From: Candidatus Latescibacterota bacterium
Lineage (GTDB): Bacteria > Latescibacterota > UBA2968
Direction: 5' to 3'
Assembly (NCBI GenBank): GCA_965205975.1
Contig: OZ242195.1
Location: forward strand, 3,808,001-3,872,000
DNA length: 64,000 nucleotides
The notes under the pieces were generated by a model. The model searched no databases and was not told the origin of the DNA. It saw only the letters and a program-made list of their open reading frames with translations. Positions 60,505 to 64,000 of this stretch are shown piece after piece (the first letter of the stretch is position 1; the number at the start of each line of letters is the position of its first letter). The translations under genes were made by a program, and so were the position numbers.

Positions 60505-63185
60505 TATTGATCCTTCAAAAAACCCCGCAACACCGTATGCAAAATCCCCCCATTGCGATAATAATCGATCTCCACAGGCGTATCGATACGCACCGTTGCA
60601 GAAAACGACTTCACATTCCCATCCTCATCCGTCGCCGTCACCGTCACATCTTGCAAAGGCTGCAAATCATCGCTCAGCCCGGTAATGTCATACACCTCCC
60701 GCCCCGTAAGCCCCAGCGACTCGGCATTCTCCCCATCCACAAACTCCAGCGGCAACACCCCCATACCCACCAGATTGCTGCGGTGAATGCGTTCAAAACT
60801 CTCCACAAGCACTGCGCGCACACCCAAAAGTAACGGACCCTTAGCCGCCCAATCGCGCGACGACCCCGAACCGTACTCCGCGCCCGCAATCACAATCGTC
60901 GGCACGCCCTCATCCACATACCGCATCGCCGCATCGTAAATACTCATCTGTTCACCCGAAGGCAGATGCACCGTCACGCCGCCCTCTGTCCCTGGCGCCA
61001 GCGAATTGCGAATGCGAATATTCGCAAACGTACCCCGCATCATCACCTCGTGATTGCCCCGCCGCGAACCATAAGAATTGAAATCCTTTGGCTCAACCCC
61101 CTTTGAAATCAAAAACTGCCCCGCCGGACTATCCACCGCAATCGAACCCGCCGGAGAAATATGATCCGTCGTCACCGAATCGCCCAACCGCGCCAACACC
61201 CGCGCACCTCTAATATCTGTAATCGCGTCTAACTCCGGCGACAAATCCACAAAAAACGGCGGCTCCTGCACATAAGTACTCTCCGCCTGCCACCCATAGA
61301 GATCTCCTTCTTGCCCGCCAACCGCATTCCACATCTCATTGCCTTCAAACACATTGCCGTAGCGCGCCTCAAACATATCCGGTTTGAGCGCCCTTGCAAT
61401 CGTATCACCGATCTCATCCTGACTGGGCCAGAGATCGCGCAAAAACACCGCATTGCCATCCCCATCCAGCCCTATCGGCTCCGCAGTCAAATCCAAATCC
61501 ACCCGCCCCGCCAGAGCATAAGCCACAACCAGCGGTGGCGACGCCAGATAATTCGCCTTCACATGCGGATGCACACGACCTTCAAAGTTGCGATTGCCAC
61601 TCAACACCGACGCCGCCACCAGATCATCCTCGTGAATCGCGGCAACCACCGGATCGGGCAACGGCCCGCTATTTCCGATACACGTCGTACAACCATAACC
61701 CACCGTATGAAACCCGAGTTGCTCCAAATACGGCGTCAAACCCGCCTGATCGAGATAATCCGACACCACGCGCGAACCCGGCGCCAGACTCGTCTTGACA
61801 TGTGCGTGGACCTTCAAGCCCTTTTCCACCGCCTTCTTCGCCAACAAACCAGCGGCCACCATCACAGAGGGATTGCTCGTATTGGTACAACTCGTAATCG
61901 CCGCAATCACCACTGCCCCGTGCCCCAGCACGCCATTCATCCTCTTTTGAACCTCATCATCATCCAGCCCAAAACCACTATTGCCCACCGGTGCGCGCAA
62001 CGCGCCTTCAAACGCATCCTTCATCTGCTCCAGTGCAATGCGATCCTGCGGGCGTTTTGGACCCGCCAAGCTCGGCTCCACCGTACTCAAATCCAGTTCA
62101 AGCGTATCCGTAAACTGCGGCTCCGGCGTATCATCCGTTCGGAACAACCCCTGCTCCTTCGCGTACCGCTCAACCACATCCACCTCCGCCGCCGTGCGAC
62201 CCGTGCGCGCCAAATAACGCAACGTCTCATCATCCACCGGGAAAAACCCCATCGTCGCCCCGTATTCCGGCGCCATATTGGCAATCGTCGCGCGATCAGC
62301 CAGCCCAATACCCGTCAACCCCGTACCGTAAAACTCGACAAACTTATCCACCACGCCCTTCTCGCGCAACATCTGAACCACCGTCAACGTCAAATCCGTC
62401 GCCGTCGTACCCTCGGGCAACTGCCCATCCAACTTGAACCCGACAACCTCGGGCGTCAGCATATAAATCGGCTGCCCCAGCATCACCGCCTCTGCCTCAA
62501 TACCCCCCACACCCCAGCCCACCACACCCAGACCATTAATCATCGTCGTATGTGAATCTGCCCCCACCAGACTATCGGGAAAAGCCACCCCATCCCGGGC
62601 AATAACCCCCTTTGCCAGATACTCGAGATTGACCTGATGCACAATACCCGTCAGCGGCGGCACCACCCTGAAACGCTCAAACGCATTGGCACCCCAGCGC
62701 AAAAACTCATACCGCTCCCGATTGCGATCAAACTCAATCTCTGCATTTCTGCGCAACGCATCCGAATTTGCAAAACTATCCACCTGTACCGAATGATCCA
62801 CCACCAGATCCACCGGAATCAACGGCTCAACGCGACTTGCATCGCCTCCCATACGCCCCATAGCCGAACGCAACGCCGCCAGATCCACCAGCGAAGGCAC
62901 ACCCGTAAAATCCTGCAACACAACCCGTGCAGGCTTAAACGGTATCTCTATCGGATTGGGATCCGCCGCATTCCAATTCGCCAGCGTCCCCACATCTTCT
63001 TCGCGCACCTGATACCCATCCAAATTTCGCAGCGCCGCCTCGAGCAGCACCCGCACGGAAAACGGCAAAGTCGATACTGCCCCAACCCCATCAACCTCCA
63101 ACCGATCCAGCCGAAAAATTGCGAGATCACCCGCCATAGTAGAAAGTGTATCGCGCGAATTCAAAGGATTATGCGTTTGACTCAT
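60504..63185 (-). CDS. acnA: Aconitate hydratase A
   Basis: [47 protein letters not shown]. Confidence 0.98.
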   Translation of the reverse strand: MSQTHNPLNSRDTLSTMAGDLAIFRLDRLEVDGVGAVSTLPFSVRVLLEAALRNLDGYQVREEDVGTLANWNAADPNPIEIPFKPARVVLQDFTGVPSLVDLAALRSAMGRMGGDASRVEPLIPVDLVVDHSVQVDSFANSDALRRNAEIEFDRNRERYEFLRWGANAFERFRVVPPLTGIVHQVNLEYLAKGVIARDGVAFPDSLVGADSHTTMINGLGVVGWGVGGIEAEAVMLGQPIYMLTPEVVGFKLDGQLPEGTTATDLTLTVVQMLREKGVVDKFVEFYGTGLTGIGLADRATIANMAPEYGATMGFFPVDDETLRYLARTGRTAAEVDVVERYAKEQGLFRTDDTPEPQFTDTLELDLSTVEPSLAGPKRPQDRIALEQMKDAFEGALRAPVGNSGFGLDDDEVQKRMNGVLGHGAVVIAAITSCTNTSNPSVMVAAGLLAKKAVEKGLKVHAHVKTSLAPGSRVVSDYLDQAGLTPYLEQLGFHTVGYGCTTCIGNSGPLPDPVVAAIHEDDLVAASVLSGNRNFEGRVHPHVKANYLASPPLVVAYALAGRVDLDLTAEPIGLDGDGNAVFLRDLWPSQDEIGDTIARALKPDMFEARYGNVFEGNEMWNAVGGQEGDLYGWQAESTYVQEPPFFVDLSPELDAITDIRGARVLARLGDSVTTDHISPAGSIAVDSPAGQFLISKGVEPKDFNSYGSRRGNHEVMMRGTFANIRIRNSLAPGTEGGVTVHLPSGEQMSIYDAAMRYVDEGVPTIVIAGAEYGSGSSRDWAAKGPLLLGVRAVLVESFERIHRSNLVGMGVLPLEFVDGENAESLGLTGREVYDITGLSDDLQPLQDVTVTATDEDGNVKSFSATVRIDTPVEIDYYRNGGILHTVLRGFLKDQ

Positions 63186-63348
63186 AAACTGATTCCTCTT
63201 TTGATGTTATTCATTATCCAGATCGTACCGCTCTTTATACGCCATAAAAATACCCCCTATTAGTGGTTAATTAACAAGAGGTGATATACCAAATCTATGC
63301 GTATAAGTCAATAAAATCAACAAATTATTTGAATATCAAGCTTCAATG

Positions 63349-63582
63349 TCATGGATCGCAAATAGGACGTTCTTTGTAATTGGGTGGCTCTCGAAAACCG
63401 CCCATAGCAACCTTACAAATCGGGAGAGACCCATCATCTTGAAGTATTCTAATCCTCTCTAAACAGAGTTCTTTAGAAGTATTGTCATATGGAGAAATTT
63501 TTAGAGGTCCTCCAGTTCTATGTAAAATCCAATACCACTTATCCATGTAATCATAGAAGTATATCGCTATGAATTCCAGCAT
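63349..63582 (-). CDS. Small hypothetical protein, possibly a remnant
   Basis: AAGGAGG RBS; 77 aa; AT-rich. Confidence 0.4.
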   Translation of the reverse strand: MLEFIAIYFYDYMDKWYWILHRTGGPLKISPYDNTSKELCLERIRILQDDGSLPICKVAMGGFREPPNYKERPICDP

Positions 63583-63597
63583 CTCTAACCTCCTTAT

Positions 63598-63816
63598 CTA
63601 AGGAAGCCACTTAATAAGTGCAACAATAACAGCAAGACCTCCAAATATCACTGTGAGCATCCATTTAGCGGAAATATCCATACGACTTGTCAGCTCACTT
63701 CGCATCTCTTTTATATCTTCCCGAATGCCTGAAACTTGCTCCTTGATGATCTCAACATTGATCTCTACATCTCTTTCCAATTTAGTTAATCGGTGTTCTA
63801 CCTCTTGATCATTCAT
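63598..63816 (-). CDS. Small coiled-coil protein with C-terminal TM helix
   Basis: GGGGAG RBS; RLTKLE coiled coil then WMLTVIFGGLAVIVALI. Confidence 0.65.
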   Translation of the reverse strand: MNDQEVEHRLTKLERDVEINVEIIKEQVSGIREDIKEMRSELTSRMDISAKWMLTVIFGGLAVIVALIKWLP

Positions 63817-64000
63817 TTGTTACTCCCCTTAGTGTGAAAAAGGTGCTGAATTATATAAGGTAACGAAACCATTATACACTGTCAACACCTCCAACATCTT
63901 TAACCTATCTGACCGATAAAGGTTACTAAAGTATATCGTTCCCGTCGGATGATCGTCTTCAACGTACGCGCTCAAAGGCGGTATCATCTTCAGCAATGGT

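Noticed and set aside
50127..62555. Long + strand ORFs such as 50127-51308, 56007-56885 and 61311-62555
   Set aside because: Antisense shadows of well-supported minus-strand genes; Arg/His/Pro/Ile-rich with no recognisable motifs.
63900..64000. Possible partial CDS at the right edge
   Set aside because: Too short to assign a frame or product.

Overview
Bacterial genomic window. The organism is inferred to be FCB-related (Latescibacterota/Gemmatimonadota-like) and possibly a sponge symbiont, based on a FlgD-type C-terminal sorting domain, a short RpoD-like sigma, many PhyH dioxygenases, TPR proteins and dockerin/EF-hand tails; this is not verified. Layout: 1-15.6 kb holds a sigma54 regulatory cluster (PAS kinase, NtrC-type activator, ptsN-like gene, sigma70) plus housekeeping genes glnD, rho, rpmE2, prfA, prmC, a polyprenyl synthase and secDF. 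15.7-20.7 kb holds catabolic genes. 20.7-39.4 kb is a defence island built around a Type I R-M locus (hsdM-higA-hsdS ... hsdR). 39.4-64 kb holds PhyH dioxygenases, a Type II R-M pair, a redoxin/Cu-monooxygenase pair, a queF pair, cysC and acnA. Best discovery candidate: the ~8.6 kb hsdS-hsdR interval looks like a tandem array of defence-like cargo genes (Abi_C/HEPN, HEPN, NDT-TPR, DUF6978-DUF1828). Each cargo is preceded by a copy of an hsdS 3' end, and two junctions are short hsdR-start::hsdS-end hybrid ORFs, which suggests stacked cassettes captured from other Type I loci. Both HEPN-type cargos are cleanly interrupted by IS elements. Other notable signals: a sigma54-to-sigma70 cascade with visible promoter and enhancer-like sites, three PhyH enzymes lacking the HxD carboxylate, a catalytically dead QueF paralog beside queF, and 12 same-strand GTAG REPs. 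All family names come from motif recognition, not database searches.
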